Assembly (NCBI GenBank): GCA_963842885.1 | Contig: CAWJIE010000003.1 | Coordinates: forward strand, 64,001-128,000 | Direction: 5' to 3' | From: an uncultured Nitrososphaerota archaeon | Lineage (GTDB): Archaea; Thermoproteota; Nitrososphaeria; Conexivisphaerales; DTJL01 | Length of the DNA: 64,000 nucleotides | Shown: one piece after another, positions 21,239 through 30,313 of the stretch | Layout of the letters: every line of letters starts with the position of its first letter | Numbering within the stretch: position 1 is the stretch's first letter | Translations under genes and position numbers: made by a program | The notes under the pieces: model-generated | Databases searched by the model: none | What the model saw: only the letters and a program-made list of their open reading frames with translations | Told to the model about the DNA's origin: nothing

Positions 21239-22195
21239 TCAACTGATCGAATGGTGGGCGACCTCAGGCGTCGCGGCCTCCACGTAGATATGGTGATACC
21301 GGGGGCTGAGGTCCCTTATCGCCTTCTCGATCATGCCGACGACGAGCTCAAGCTCCGCCGTTTTGAGGTCGTCCCGAAACTCCACCTCCAGCCCCAGGAC
21401 TATGTCTTCGGGCCCGAAGTATATCCCCCTCACATCTATAACCGAGACCACCTGGGGGAACCCTTTCAACAAATTCTGGATCTCCGCTATCTGGTGCTTG
21501 CCTATGCCCTCTCCGATAAGGAGGTCCTTACTCTCGAAGGCAAGTATTACCCCGTACACGGCGAGGCTCACCCCTATCACGATGGCCGCAGCGGCGTCGA
21601 AGAACTCGTCCTTCGTAACGTAGGTCAGAGAAACCCCCAGGAGGGCGACCACGACCCCCAGGAGGGCCACTACGTCTTCGAGGAAGGTGGCCAGGATGAC
21701 GGGGTCCTTGGAGACCTGGAAGAAGTGGCGGATGTCCCTGAGGTTGAGGGCGTGGACTCTCCTGTTGATGTGCTGCCGCGTCACGAAGAGGGCCGAGCCT
21801 TCGATGACGGAGATGGCGGCCAAAGACACAATAGTCAACTCGATGTTGTTCAGCTGGGGGGCTCCGCCCAGGCGGGACAACCCTTGGCTGATGGAGAAGG
21901 TGGCCGAGACCCCGAAGACCACGAGCGAAACAATGAACGACCAGAAGAACTGCTCCTTCCCCCTGCCAAAGGGATGCTTGGCTGAGGCCGGGCGGCGGCT
22001 GAGGTTGATGCCTGTGAGGAGGAGGACCTGGTTGACGGTGTCTGAGAGGGAGTGAACGACCTCAGCCATCACTGCGCTGCTCCTGCTGAATAGCGCGACC
22101 AGCAGCTTGACCAGAGCCACCAGGAGGTCGGCCACAAGGGCGGCCTTGACGGGTCGGCTGGCGCTCTCGGTCAAAGAGGGATTGTCCGTGGACAT
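21239..22195 (-). CDS. Cation diffusion facilitator transporter
   Basis: AEVVHSLSDTVNQ, HPFGRGKE, LED; soluble C-terminal dimerisation domain. Confidence 0.92.
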   Translation of the reverse strand: MSTDNPSLTESASRPVKAALVADLLVALVKLLVALFSRSSAVMAEVVHSLSDTVNQVLLLTGINLSRRPASAKHPFGRGKEQFFWSFIVSLVVFGVSATFSISQGLSRLGGAPQLNNIELTIVSLAAISVIEGSALFVTRQHINRRVHALNLRDIRHFFQVSKDPVILATFLEDVVALLGVVVALLGVSLTYVTKDEFFDAAAAIVIGVSLAVYGVILAFESKDLLIGEGIGKHQIAEIQNLLKGFPQVVSVIDVRGIYFGPEDIVLGLEVEFRDDLKTAELELVVGMIEKAIRDLSPRYHHIYVEAATPEVAHHSIS

Positions 22196-22276
22196 GCCTT
22201 GCGGGGGGTGTCCTTGCCCGTCGGCCTGAATCCTCGATGCCAGGGCTACCTCCGATTCTTCTATGTCCGTTTTGAA

Positions 22277-22736
22277 TCACCTTTCTAAACCCAGGTGCCC
22301 TTCCCTCACCAACACGAAGGTCCCCTTGGAGGTCGCGGTCACCGCGTCATCGGCGTGAATGGTGGTCCTGACGGCCACTCGATTCCCCCAATGGTGGGTC
22401 ATCCTCGATTCTAGGTTAAGCACCCTGTCGATGGAGGTAGGCTTGTGGACGAAGACAGAATGCTCGGCAGTGACCGTCGCCTGAGGCCCGCCCAGCTTTT
22501 TCGATTTCATCAGGAAGTGGGCCGCGGCCCAGTTGCCGTCGGAGTCGAAGAGCACCCCGATTGTCCCTCCGTTCAGGTAGCCTTCGAAGGCGAGGAACAG
22601 CGGGTTAGGCCTCCAGTTGGCCACTTCCCTGACCCCGCCTCCCAGCCCTTAATGTGGAGCCCCGCGCTGTTGGCAGAGCTGCAACTGAAGCGGACGCTGT
22701 TCGGGGCGTCCTGTCCTGAAGGCCGATTTCAGGCAT
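22277..22736 (-). pseudogene. PaaI/hotdog thioesterase, N-terminus degraded
   Basis: AFEGYLNGGTIGVLFD core. The N-terminal APNSVRFSCSSAN.GLHIK (family CFGCG..N..GL) lies in a shifted frame with substitutions. Confidence 0.7.
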
Positions 22737-22799
22737 GAGGTAGACTAGGGGGACGGGCTATTTTAACGTAGGAAACAGCGGTAGGCCGTCCCTGATTGG

Positions 22800-23045
22800 C
22801 CTTCCTCTGCGCGAGCTCTCCATCCACCAAGATGAGCCCGACGCTCATGTCGGCCACCATCCTGAGCCTCTGCACGATCTCGTCCACCTGCTCCCCGACG
22901 AACCACTAGAGCAAGTTGAAGGTAGCATTGTCCCTCTCCGCGCTGGCAAGGCTCACCAGCTCGTCGATCATCGCTGTCACCTTCACCTCGTGCGTGTGGG
23001 CTGCCTCCACCACGGCGAGGGGCGATGCCCACGGAAATCGGCTCG
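22800..23045 (-). pseudogene. ftnA: Ferritin C-terminal remnant
   Basis: WASPLAVVEAAHTHEVKVTAMIDELVSLASAERDNATFNLL*WFVGEQ-VDEIVQRLRMV..GLILVDGELAQR; TAG at 22906-22908; the VEEE segment is deleted. Confidence 0.8.
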
Positions 23046-23132
23046 TCGAGGGCTAGTGGGAGGTCGGCCTCCTGGATCTTCCCCATGTCTGCCGACTAGG
23101 TTCGCGCCCGATGAGCCATGTCTCTCCCAAGA

Positions 23133-23564
23133 CTACTCCAGGCTCAGATACAGGAAGATGGTATATGCCATCACCATGAAGATGTCCGCCGTCGAAAGGA
23201 ACTCTCCTGGCCCTATGGGAATCGGTCCTGCCCTCACGAGCACCAGCGGATACGAGATCAGGGAGTGCAGGAGCAGAACGCCCAGCATAACCACCAACCC
23301 CAGAGAGAAGTTTGCCTTCGTCTCACTGTACATCTTGACATAGACCACGATGAGAGCGACCAGCAGTGCCACGCTGGTGGTCGAAAGTATGACACGGAAT
23401 GTCAGCACTGGGTCGAGGATGTTGAACGGCGGCGGACGGAACCCGAAGCCGATCCCTCTCATCTGATCAAAGATGGAAAGGAAGATGCCAGCGGCTATGC
23501 CGACCACCAGCACCATCAGCACAGTGAGAAGGCCGCCGTGTCCCTTCTTCTCAACTTTTGCCAT
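23133..23564 (-). CDS. Four-TM membrane protein, coupled to the wHTH regulator
   Basis: ATG 23564 with SD GAGGAGGTG overlaps the end of the wHTH gene; LLVALIVVYVKMYSETKANFSLGLVV. Confidence 0.85.
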   Translation of the reverse strand: MAKVEKKGHGGLLTVLMVLVVGIAAGIFLSIFDQMRGIGFGFRPPPFNILDPVLTFRVILSTTSVALLVALIVVYVKMYSETKANFSLGLVVMLGVLLLHSLISYPLVLVRAGPIPIGPGEFLSTADIFMVMAYTIFLYLSLE

Positions 23565-23883
23565 TTCCGGTTTCACCTCCTCGCCTGGCGCGGCCTGTCT
23601 TTTCAAGGATGGATTCAAGGCCTTTCCAGTGGAACTCCATGGCATCAGAGACGAAGTAGATCCTTCCGTACTTGTCACCCTCGGCCACCACGATGCCGTT
23701 CTTCTCCAGGACCTTCAGATGATGCCTCACCGTGGTGTAGTCCAGACCCAGCTCCTGGGAGAGCTGAAGGGCATTCCTCGGCTGCTCCTTGATAGCCAGA
23801 AGCACCAGGACCCTCGTCTTCCCTCCTGCGCTCCCGGCGAAGAGCCACCACAGAAGGCGCTCGAATGCGTCCAAGACCGCCAA
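23551..23883 (-). CDS. ArsR-like winged helix-turn-helix regulator (archaeal LLWWLFAGSxGG type)
   Basis: TRVLVLLAIKEQPRNALQLSQELGLDYTTVRHHLKVLEKNGIV..YGRIYF; no Cys metal site. Confidence 0.9.
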   Translation of the reverse strand: MAVLDAFERLLWWLFAGSAGGKTRVLVLLAIKEQPRNALQLSQELGLDYTTVRHHLKVLEKNGIVVAEGDKYGRIYFVSDAMEFHWKGLESILEKTGRARRGGETGNGKS

Positions 23884-24018
23884 GATTCAACCGAGGCCCC
23901 GAAATAACGATATCGTCGGCCGAGGGCTCGGGACTCTCCAGCCTCAACGGGAAAAGCAGCCTGATTGCGGAGGCCGAAGACAGGTCGAAACCGCCGTGCC
24001 CGAAGTGCGAAGCCAAAG

Positions 24019-24171
24019 TCATATGGCCCCCGCCACCAGATATGAAGCTAGAATGACAAGGGAGAAGCCCCCTAGTATGACCAGGTTGGAGCCCAGCCTG
24101 ACGGCGAAGTCCAGCACTCCCAGGCTCATGTCCAGCAGATCGCACCCGGCCCTGCGCAGAAGCTCCGACAA
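24019..24171 (-). CDS. Unannotated 50-aa small membrane protein
   Basis: MSELLRRAGCDLLDMSLGVLDFAVRLGSNLVILGGFSLVILASYLVAGAI*; TTG 34 nt after the TATA of operator copy 2. Confidence 0.6.
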   Translation of the reverse strand: MSELLRRAGCDLLDMSLGVLDFAVRLGSNLVILGGFSLVILASYLVAGAI

Positions 24172-24204
24172 GCCAGTCAGGAGAATACACCCTCCTCGGA
24201 CGAT

Positions 24205-24236
24205 ATATAACGGATTTCCACAAAGGTTCCCTAATC
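24205..24236 (-). promoter_or_regulatory. Conserved 32-bp operator plus TATA, copy 2
   Basis: GATTAGGGAACCTTTGTGGAAATCCGTTATAT. Confidence 0.85.
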
Positions 24237-24332
24237 GTTAGCAAGGCGCGCTAGACACTTGAAGGGCGGATGCCAGCGCCTCTGACCGTGTGCGCCGGCG
24301 CCGGGCCGTGTATTACCTACGGGGTTGGTAGA

Positions 24333-24364
24333 GATTATGGAGTCATTCCGGAAATTCGTTAAAT
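24333..24364 (+). promoter_or_regulatory. Conserved 32-bp operator plus TATA, copy 3 (divergent from copy 2)
   Basis: GATTATGGAGTCATTCCGGAAATTCGTTAAAT. Confidence 0.85.
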
Positions 24365-24491
24365 GCCATCTGATTGTCGGTCACTCGTAGCGTGAACTTC
24401 TTTGTCCGTCAGCAGATCGGTGATTGAAGATAGCATGGTATTCCCAGTATTCTCTGGTGCGGCGCTGAGCACGAGAGGGCGGTAGGTCGCA

Positions 24492-25775
24492 TTGTCGTCA
24501 TGGAATCTGGCCGTTAGAAGCCTGAGACAGAGAAGGACGAGAACTGCCCTCACCGTCTCCGGCATAGTGGTGGGCGTGGCCATGATACTCGTGCTCCTGT
24601 CTCTGGCCGCTGGCACGTCTGCGCAGACCAGCGGCCTTCTGAGGAATCTCGTCGGGGCGGAGATTACGGTGGCGAATGACACCACCCCCTCATTCAACGC
24701 GACAGTGTTTACTGGGTCCGGAGGCAGAGGTCTTGGAGGCGGTGGGTTCGGAGGTGGATCTGGAGGTTTCGGATTCCAGCAGATATTCGGGTCCGGCAAT
24801 ACGCTCCCTGATACGGTGACCGAAGAGATCGGAAACATAACTGGCGTCACGGCCGTTACGGGGCAGCTGTCGACCAGCGGATCCATCAATGGCAGCCCCG
24901 TCTTCCTTTACGGGATTGACCCCGCGACCTATTCCGAAGCCACTAACGGGCTGAACATCGCCAACGGAACCTCCCTAAATCCCTCGTCCCAGGAGAACCA
25001 GATCGTCCTAGAAAGCACGCTGGCTTCGAACCTCAACGTGTCCGTAGGGGATACGGTCACGGTGGGTTCCAACTCCACAGATGAAACGAACTATACGGTA
25101 GTGGGCCTCTATTCGGCGGGTACCACCTTCGGAGCGAGCGCCAGGTCGGGGTACATTACGCTGGCGAACGCCCAGAGCATAGCCAACGAAACGGGACAGG
25201 TTTCGGAGATTTACGTCAAGGCCACCAGCCCCAACCTTGTGCAGAGCCTTGCCTCCATAATCTCCTCCACAATCTCGGGGATCAGGGTGACCACGGCCAA
25301 CAGCGTCACCGGCACGGCTTCCACCCTCTCCAGCACCCTGGGCACCTTCTTCACGGTCATAGGGCTCGTGGCCCTGCTGGCTGGTGGGTTCGGAGTCGTG
25401 AACACGATGATGATGTCGATAAGTGAAAGGACGCGCGAAATCGGGACTCTCATGGCCATCGGCGCCAAGAAGGCTCAGGTTATGAAAATCTTCATGAGCG
25501 AAGCCGTCATCATCGGAGTGATGGGCGGTCTCGTTGGTGCGGGCGTAGGCGCGGTGGTGACCTACGTGATCCCCTCGTTCACGGGAAGCGCCGCGAGGGG
25601 AGGACTTGGCCCCGGGGCCGCGGGACTGTTCAGCGGCCAGCTCGCCCCTACGCTAACTCCCTTCAACCTGCTCCTGAGCTTCGGGCTTGGGACCTTGGTG
25701 GGTATCCTTGCCGGCCTCTACCCGGCATGGCGTGCGACGAGGATGGATCCTGTGGAGGCGCTGAGACATGTCTGA
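24492..25775 (+). CDS. MacB/FtsX-type ABC permease
   Basis: RTALTVSGIVVGVA; large extracytoplasmic domain with a Gly/Phe-rich loop and many NxS/T sequons; ERTREIGTLMAIGA; YPAWRATRMDPVEALR. Confidence 0.95.
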   Translation: MSSWNLAVRSLRQRRTRTALTVSGIVVGVAMILVLLSLAAGTSAQTSGLLRNLVGAEITVANDTTPSFNATVFTGSGGRGLGGGGFGGGSGGFGFQQIFGSGNTLPDTVTEEIGNITGVTAVTGQLSTSGSINGSPVFLYGIDPATYSEATNGLNIANGTSLNPSSQENQIVLESTLASNLNVSVGDTVTVGSNSTDETNYTVVGLYSAGTTFGASARSGYITLANAQSIANETGQVSEIYVKATSPNLVQSLASIISSTISGIRVTTANSVTGTASTLSSTLGTFFTVIGLVALLAGGFGVVNTMMMSISERTREIGTLMAIGAKKAQVMKIFMSEAVIIGVMGGLVGAGVGAVVTYVIPSFTGSAARGGLGPGAAGLFSGQLAPTLTPFNLLLSFGLGTLVGILAGLYPAWRATRMDPVEALRHV

Positions 25776-26517
25776 GAACGTCGTCGAGACAGAGCGCGTC
25801 GCCAAGCAGTACCAGCGCGGCAAGATCCCCGTCGCGGCCTTGAATGGGGTGAACATGAGGGTCCGGCGCGGCGAGATCGTCGGGATCATAGGCCCCTCGG
25901 GGTCGGGGAAGACGACGCTCCTCAACCTGATTGGGGGGTTGGACACGCCCTCCCAGGGCAAGGTGGTGGTCGACGGGGTGGACCTGGGCCAACTCGGGGA
26001 TTCCGAGCTGGCCGAATACCGCCTGAAGAAGGTCGGTTTCATCTTCCAGTTCTACAACCTGATATCGACACTCTCCGCCCTCGAAAATGTGAAGCTGCCC
26101 ATGGCTCTGGCCAACGTTCCGAAGAAGGATCAGGACGACCGCGCCCGGGACCTCCTGAAAACGGTGGGGCTGGGAGACAGGCTCCACCACAGGCCCGACG
26201 AGCTCAGCGGCGGCGAGCAGCAGAGGGTGGCCGTGGCGAGGGCTCTTGCGAACGGGCCTTCGGTCATACTTGCCGATGAGCCCACTGGGGACCTGGATTC
26301 GAAGTCGGCGAAGAGGCTGATGGACCTGATCAAGGAGCTGCGCAAGGACCAGAAGGTGACGTTCGTCATGGTCACCCACGACCCCATAGTCATCGCCCAG
26401 TGCGACAGGGCCTACGCCGTCAGGGACGGGAAGGTTACCCACGAGCTGTCGTCGAAGGAGCTGGAGAGCGCCATGCTGTCGGACAAATACAACAGGGCCC
26501 TAGACGGCATCTACTGA
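25768..26517 (+). CDS. MacB/LolD-type ABC ATP-binding protein
   Basis: GPSGSGKTT, GFIFQFYNL, LSGGEQQRVAVARAL, LADEPTGDLD, VTHD. Confidence 0.95.
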   Translation: MSENVVETERVAKQYQRGKIPVAALNGVNMRVRRGEIVGIIGPSGSGKTTLLNLIGGLDTPSQGKVVVDGVDLGQLGDSELAEYRLKKVGFIFQFYNLISTLSALENVKLPMALANVPKKDQDDRARDLLKTVGLGDRLHHRPDELSGGEQQRVAVARALANGPSVILADEPTGDLDSKSAKRLMDLIKELRKDQKVTFVMVTHDPIVIAQCDRAYAVRDGKVTHELSSKELESAMLSDKYNRALDGIY

Positions 26518-26617
26518 CCCACTCCTTGGTTGCAAGACACTCCTAGGGCATCTTTTTCGTTTCAGTAATGCGTCAGCCAGCGGACCGACTGAAGGCACTC
26601 TGTACCTTCTCTCTAAC

Positions 26618-26649
26618 GATTATGGAGCATTTCCGGAAATCCGATAAAT
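26618..26649 (+). promoter_or_regulatory. Conserved 32-bp operator plus TATA, copy 4
   Basis: GATTATGGAGCATTTCCGGAAATCCGATAAAT. Confidence 0.85.
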
Positions 26650-26682
26650 AGCTTGCAACGGAACTTTGCACTGACGAACTGA

Positions 26683-26829
26683 TTGCAAGAGCTGGTGAGA
26701 AGGAGTTGGGCTCTCCCGGAAGTGTCCGGCCCGGTCGCTGAAGCGACGGCGTTTGGGCCGGACCTCCCCCGGGGGAGAAGACATAGTCCCTACTCGTACA
26801 TCGCTTTCTTTCGGGAGGAGATTCCTTGA
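26683..26829 (+). CDS. Unannotated 48-aa small ORF
   Basis: MQELVRRSWALPEVSGPVAEATAFGPDLPRGRRHSPYSYIAFFREEIP*; TTG 34 nt after the TATA of copy 4; stop overlaps the next start (TTGA). Confidence 0.5.
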   Translation: MQELVRRSWALPEVSGPVAEATAFGPDLPRGRRHSPYSYIAFFREEIP

Positions 26830-27182
26830 CTGAGACCCCGAACCGGGCTTTCTCGTCCGATGAGGGAGCAATGGTGCGCATCGAGGAGATGGCAAGGGTC
26901 GCATGCGGGGGTGCAATCGGGAGCCTCCTGCTCCTGGTCTTCGGCGTGGCGCTACCGCTCGTCGGCCAAGCCCTAGCATCCTCGGCTGCCCCTGTGGTGG
27001 CCTACGTCGCTCTGGCTGAGCTGCTGACGGCGGGGTACGTACAGGAAAAGGACACCATCATTCGTCATGGACTCGTTTTTACGGCGGGCGTGACCTTCGG
27101 GCTCCTCTTGGGCGCGGATTGGCTAGGACTTGTGGTCGCCGTAGCGGCATATTGTCTTGTGACCGTCCTGAGGTTCGGGTAG
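26826..27182 (+). CDS. Small multi-TM hypothetical membrane protein
   Basis: SD GGAGGAG; 3-4 hydrophobic segments. Confidence 0.7.
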   Translation: MTETPNRAFSSDEGAMVRIEEMARVACGGAIGSLLLLVFGVALPLVGQALASSAAPVVAYVALAELLTAGYVQEKDTIIRHGLVFTAGVTFGLLLGADWLGLVVAVAAYCLVTVLRFG

Positions 27183-27785
27183 CTCCCTAGTGAATCTCGT
27201 ACTAGGCAAGGAAAGCGAACTCTGGACATGCTGTATTCAGAGCTGGGGGACTAGTCAGACCCAAGCAATCGTGCAAGGGAAATGCACTGGAGAATGCCCA
27301 CTCAGATCTGCCGCCCACATACCATCCAGCACTCGGGACAGAGCAGGCTGCGCCGGATAGGCTCCTCAGACGGCATGGAAGTTGTCAGAGACCCTGAGGT
27401 CTGAGCCGCATTGGCGGCAGCGACGGTCATCCCAGCTTCCCCCACGATATCATCCGGAAGTCTCTTCCCCCCAGTCGCACACATTCGTACAGTATTACAG
27501 TATGAATGAGTACTTGGTGAACCTCATCGGCCCGCTGACGACGAGCTAATGAAATCCGGTCTGGGGCATCGTTCGAACACGTCCCGTACGAATAGCCCTT
27601 CTAATCAGATGTTGGCCATTTCGCAACACGACGAGAGCCTGGTGCCATGCCGGGATGGAAGGACATCTCCAGGAGAATCGACCATCTGAGGGTTCGGAGG
27701 TCGTCAAGAAGGTCACCGCCATCCTCCCTTGGCACGGCGTCGATGCGAAAGCATAACTATCTGGGCTGGATTGTAATGGTCGACG

Positions 27786-28670
27786 ATGCCTTCTAGCGTC
27801 CTTTACTTCCCGAAGTCGAACATCAGGGAGCAGGTGGCGGCCAGCGTGGACGCCTCCATCAGCGAGGCCATCGGCGAGAAGGCGTGGCGGGAGCTCAGGA
27901 GGGAGCTCCTCGACCTCTACGGCCTAGAGCCGGGGGACATCGTCTACGACCAAGAGCGGTTCGTGGAGTCGGTGGGCGTGCTCCTGGGCAGGCATCCCTC
28001 CGTTGTGCTCTATCCCCTCGTCCTCGCGCACTTGAAGGGTTCCTTCCCAGAGGCGCTGAACGACGCCGAGTCCATCCAGGACGTCCCGCAGAAGATGGAG
28101 GCCATCGACCTCTCTCTACAGGTCCAGAACGCCGTCATGGAGAAGGTGGGCCCTGGAGACCATGTCCTGGTCCTCTGCGACAACCTCAACATGAAAGAGC
28201 AGGTCGTGCGGTGGTTCTGCCGTGCGGCGGGTGAGAAGGGGGAGATGTTCGTGCTGATCACCGGTAACCCCTATGGCTCCAGCACGTCTGGGACCCTCGA
28301 CATCAGGGAGCTCGTGGACGAGGTCCACAGGACCTCCAGCTATCAGCTGAGCGTCAGGAAGGTCTTCTTCGAGGGGTATGAGTTCAGCGACCTGACAGCC
28401 ATCGAGACCCTCCAGGGGCTTGCGGAGGAGGCCGTCAAGAAGGGGTTCAGGGGGATCAGGCTGGTCATGGACACAGCGGACCTGCTGAAGTTCGGCGAGG
28501 ACGAAGGGTTGATGAGGCTCGAGAAGGCGCTGGGTAGCAGGCTTCCCTTCAACGCGGTGTTCCTTTGCACCTTCGACAGCAAGCAGTTCCAGGGCAAGGA
28601 GGGCCTCAGGGAAACGCTCATAGGGTGCCATTCGCTTCTAATCCTTCCCGAAGGGTACATGCTTCCCTAG
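27786..28670 (+). CDS. NitrOD5/DUF3227-like N-terminal domain fused to a MEDS (DcmR-like) sensory domain
   Basis: SVDASISEAIGE..LLDLYGLEPGDIVYDQERFVESV..LLG; GDHVLVL..GEMFVLI..GFRGIRLV..RLE..FLCTFD..H. Confidence 0.75.
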   Translation: MPSSVLYFPKSNIREQVAASVDASISEAIGEKAWRELRRELLDLYGLEPGDIVYDQERFVESVGVLLGRHPSVVLYPLVLAHLKGSFPEALNDAESIQDVPQKMEAIDLSLQVQNAVMEKVGPGDHVLVLCDNLNMKEQVVRWFCRAAGEKGEMFVLITGNPYGSSTSGTLDIRELVDEVHRTSSYQLSVRKVFFEGYEFSDLTAIETLQGLAEEAVKKGFRGIRLVMDTADLLKFGEDEGLMRLEKALGSRLPFNAVFLCTFDSKQFQGKEGLRETLIGCHSLLILPEGYMLP

Positions 28671-28818
28671 GCTGACGGGGAACCATTCAAGTGCCTCTGG
28701 CCAGGGGAGGGCCTTCCCGACGAACGGATGATGTCTGGAAGATCTTGGCGCTGTGGCTCCCACTCTCATGCGATATGGGTCATTAGACTTAATAGCGCGG
28801 ATTACATAACGTCCCCTG

Positions 28819-29211
28819 ATGAGGGGTCAAGAGGATTCCTCCCCCTCGCAGCCAGATATCGACGATGATGTCGACCTAGGGGGACCCATCGGCCGCGCGT
28901 CTGTTAAGGTCCACTGCACCCACGAGAAGACAAGGACCGACAAGACGCACAGCGGCAACTTCCTGGTATTGCGGACTGTCTGCGAGAGTTGTGGAAGGAT
29001 CGTGAACGAGGAGAATATCCTCTTGGGCCTCGAGCATTCGCGCTGCCCCGTCGACCCTCGGTTGGACCGGTGTTTGCTATCGTGCCCTGTAGAAGATGGT
29101 TCGGTCGGTGTCTTCGAGAACCCCTGCGAACCCGTAAGGAATGCCATGGAGACCGTCGGCTTCATGGCAATCGCTCCCAGCCCTCCCGAACGAGAATCGC
29201 CTGAGAAGTAG
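28819..29211 (+). CDS. Cys-rich hypothetical protein, possibly Zn-binding
   Basis: CTH...CESCG, C..CLLSC..C; ATG about 27 nt after TTAATA. Confidence 0.55.
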   Translation: MRGQEDSSPSQPDIDDDVDLGGPIGRASVKVHCTHEKTRTDKTHSGNFLVLRTVCESCGRIVNEENILLGLEHSRCPVDPRLDRCLLSCPVEDGSVGVFENPCEPVRNAMETVGFMAIAPSPPERESPEK

Positions 29212-29566
29212 TCGCGGTCAATAGGTCAATGCTTCTAAGACCCAGCCTGAAACTCAAGGGCCGTCAACCATCGCAGACCACCCTAGGAAAAGAGGGAAAG
29301 GGATGACAAGTCGCGGGCGTGATGCCCGCCCACAGCCTCCTGCCCAGCTTCGACGCCGTCTTCCAGATTATGGAAGGCGAAGTGTCCCTGATGGCGAGGA
29401 GCGAAAACCTGATGAAGATCGATTCGGCCTCCCTCATCGCCGTCCTTCGTGCCGGCAAGGATTCATCGTACAACAGTCCTCCACCCTAAGGGAGAAAACT
29501 TGATCGGACAAGGCATTCAACCGCGCGCTGAATCTTGCGAGCTCAGGTTCCAGACCCGGGTCCCCG

Positions 29567-29986
29567 ATGAGCTCAACACTAATAAGTTTCGAATTCGCCG
29601 GCAAGATGATGGACACTTCAGTCGTCCGTCCGCGTCGCAACTTTGCGTTCATCGCCTCGATCGTCGGAGGTGTATTGGTCTGCGTAGACTACATCGCCGT
29701 CTTGGTCGTGATCGCAACGCTTCCCCCTGGCGACGCTTCCGGCCTGAGCGCCCTCCCTCTTGTGCTTCTAGGCCTGGCATGCGGCTTAGCGATGGTCGCC
29801 AGCTCATATCTTGGCCGGTCCAGCAGCGAAAGGAAATGGCCCTACATCCTGCTAGGCTCGTCCCTCCTTACTCTCTTCCTCCCCCTCCTGAGCGTCATCT
29901 CCTCGGTGGGCGCCGTACTTGGAACGGCAGCTGCTACATACCTGCTTTCGAAGAGGAGGATGCAGCCCACGGTCAAGAGTGCCTGA
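29567..29986 (+). CDS. Hypothetical four-TM membrane protein (start probably near 29606)
   Basis: Hydrophobicity pattern. Confidence 0.65.
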   Translation: MSSTLISFEFAGKMMDTSVVRPRRNFAFIASIVGGVLVCVDYIAVLVVIATLPPGDASGLSALPLVLLGLACGLAMVASSYLGRSSSERKWPYILLGSSLLTLFLPLLSVISSVGAVLGTAAATYLLSKRRMQPTVKSA

Positions 29987-30160
29987 ACCCAGAAGATCTG
30001 CCTCAGGCCATCAACTCATGCTGTCTGTAGGGGCTAGAACGTTCCAAGTCTGGTCGGATGGCGTCTCCGCTTCGATTCCCCCCTCAGCTTCGCATCCCTC
30101 AAAGAGTTCGGGTTCAGGCTCGAACTTCTTCGTCTGCAACCATGCACCGAGAGGAAATGA

Positions 30161-30283
30161 CTTCTGGATTCAGGGAACCTGAAGCCGGGGTAGACGTGCT
30201 CGTGCACCTTCACTACGGCGGGCAACCACTCTGGCGTCTGCAGCTACCACCAGGGGATGGAGGCGGAGATCCTCGTCCAGGGT
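30161..30283 (+). pseudogene. Cupredoxin (blue copper) C-terminal remnant
   Basis: DSGNLKPG*TCSCTFTTAGNHSGVCSYHQGMEAEILVQ retains the C-x2-H-x2-M ligand loop; TAG at 30191. Confidence 0.7.
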
Positions 30284-30313
30284 CCGCAGCACCGGGGGCA
30301 CACCGGGAGAGCT

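Noticed and set aside
23675-24244. 189-aa ORF overlapping the wHTH gene
   Set aside because: It starts upstream of the TATA and overlaps the wHTH gene out of frame; the 50-aa ORF plus the wHTH gene explain the region better.
14315-26649. 32-bp repeats as CRISPR repeats or transposon ends
   Set aside because: They are dispersed, degenerate and not regularly spaced, each ends in a TATA box in front of a gene, and there are no cas or transposase genes.
27302-27484. 60-aa ORF with CPEC, a possible Zn finger
   Set aside because: The first Cys pair is incomplete (CATG) and there is no other support.
29303-29480. Possible cupin remnant (MPAHS..DAVFQIMEGEV)
   Set aside because: Too short and degenerate to support as a feature.
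221-30193. Amber (pyrrolysine-type) recoding, since four internal stops (221, about 15394, 22906, 30191) are all TAG
   Set aside because: TAG ends many intact genes at their expected C-termini (mntH, idsA, molybdoenzyme subunits, albA). Three of the four cases have other lesions, and no pyl genes are present.
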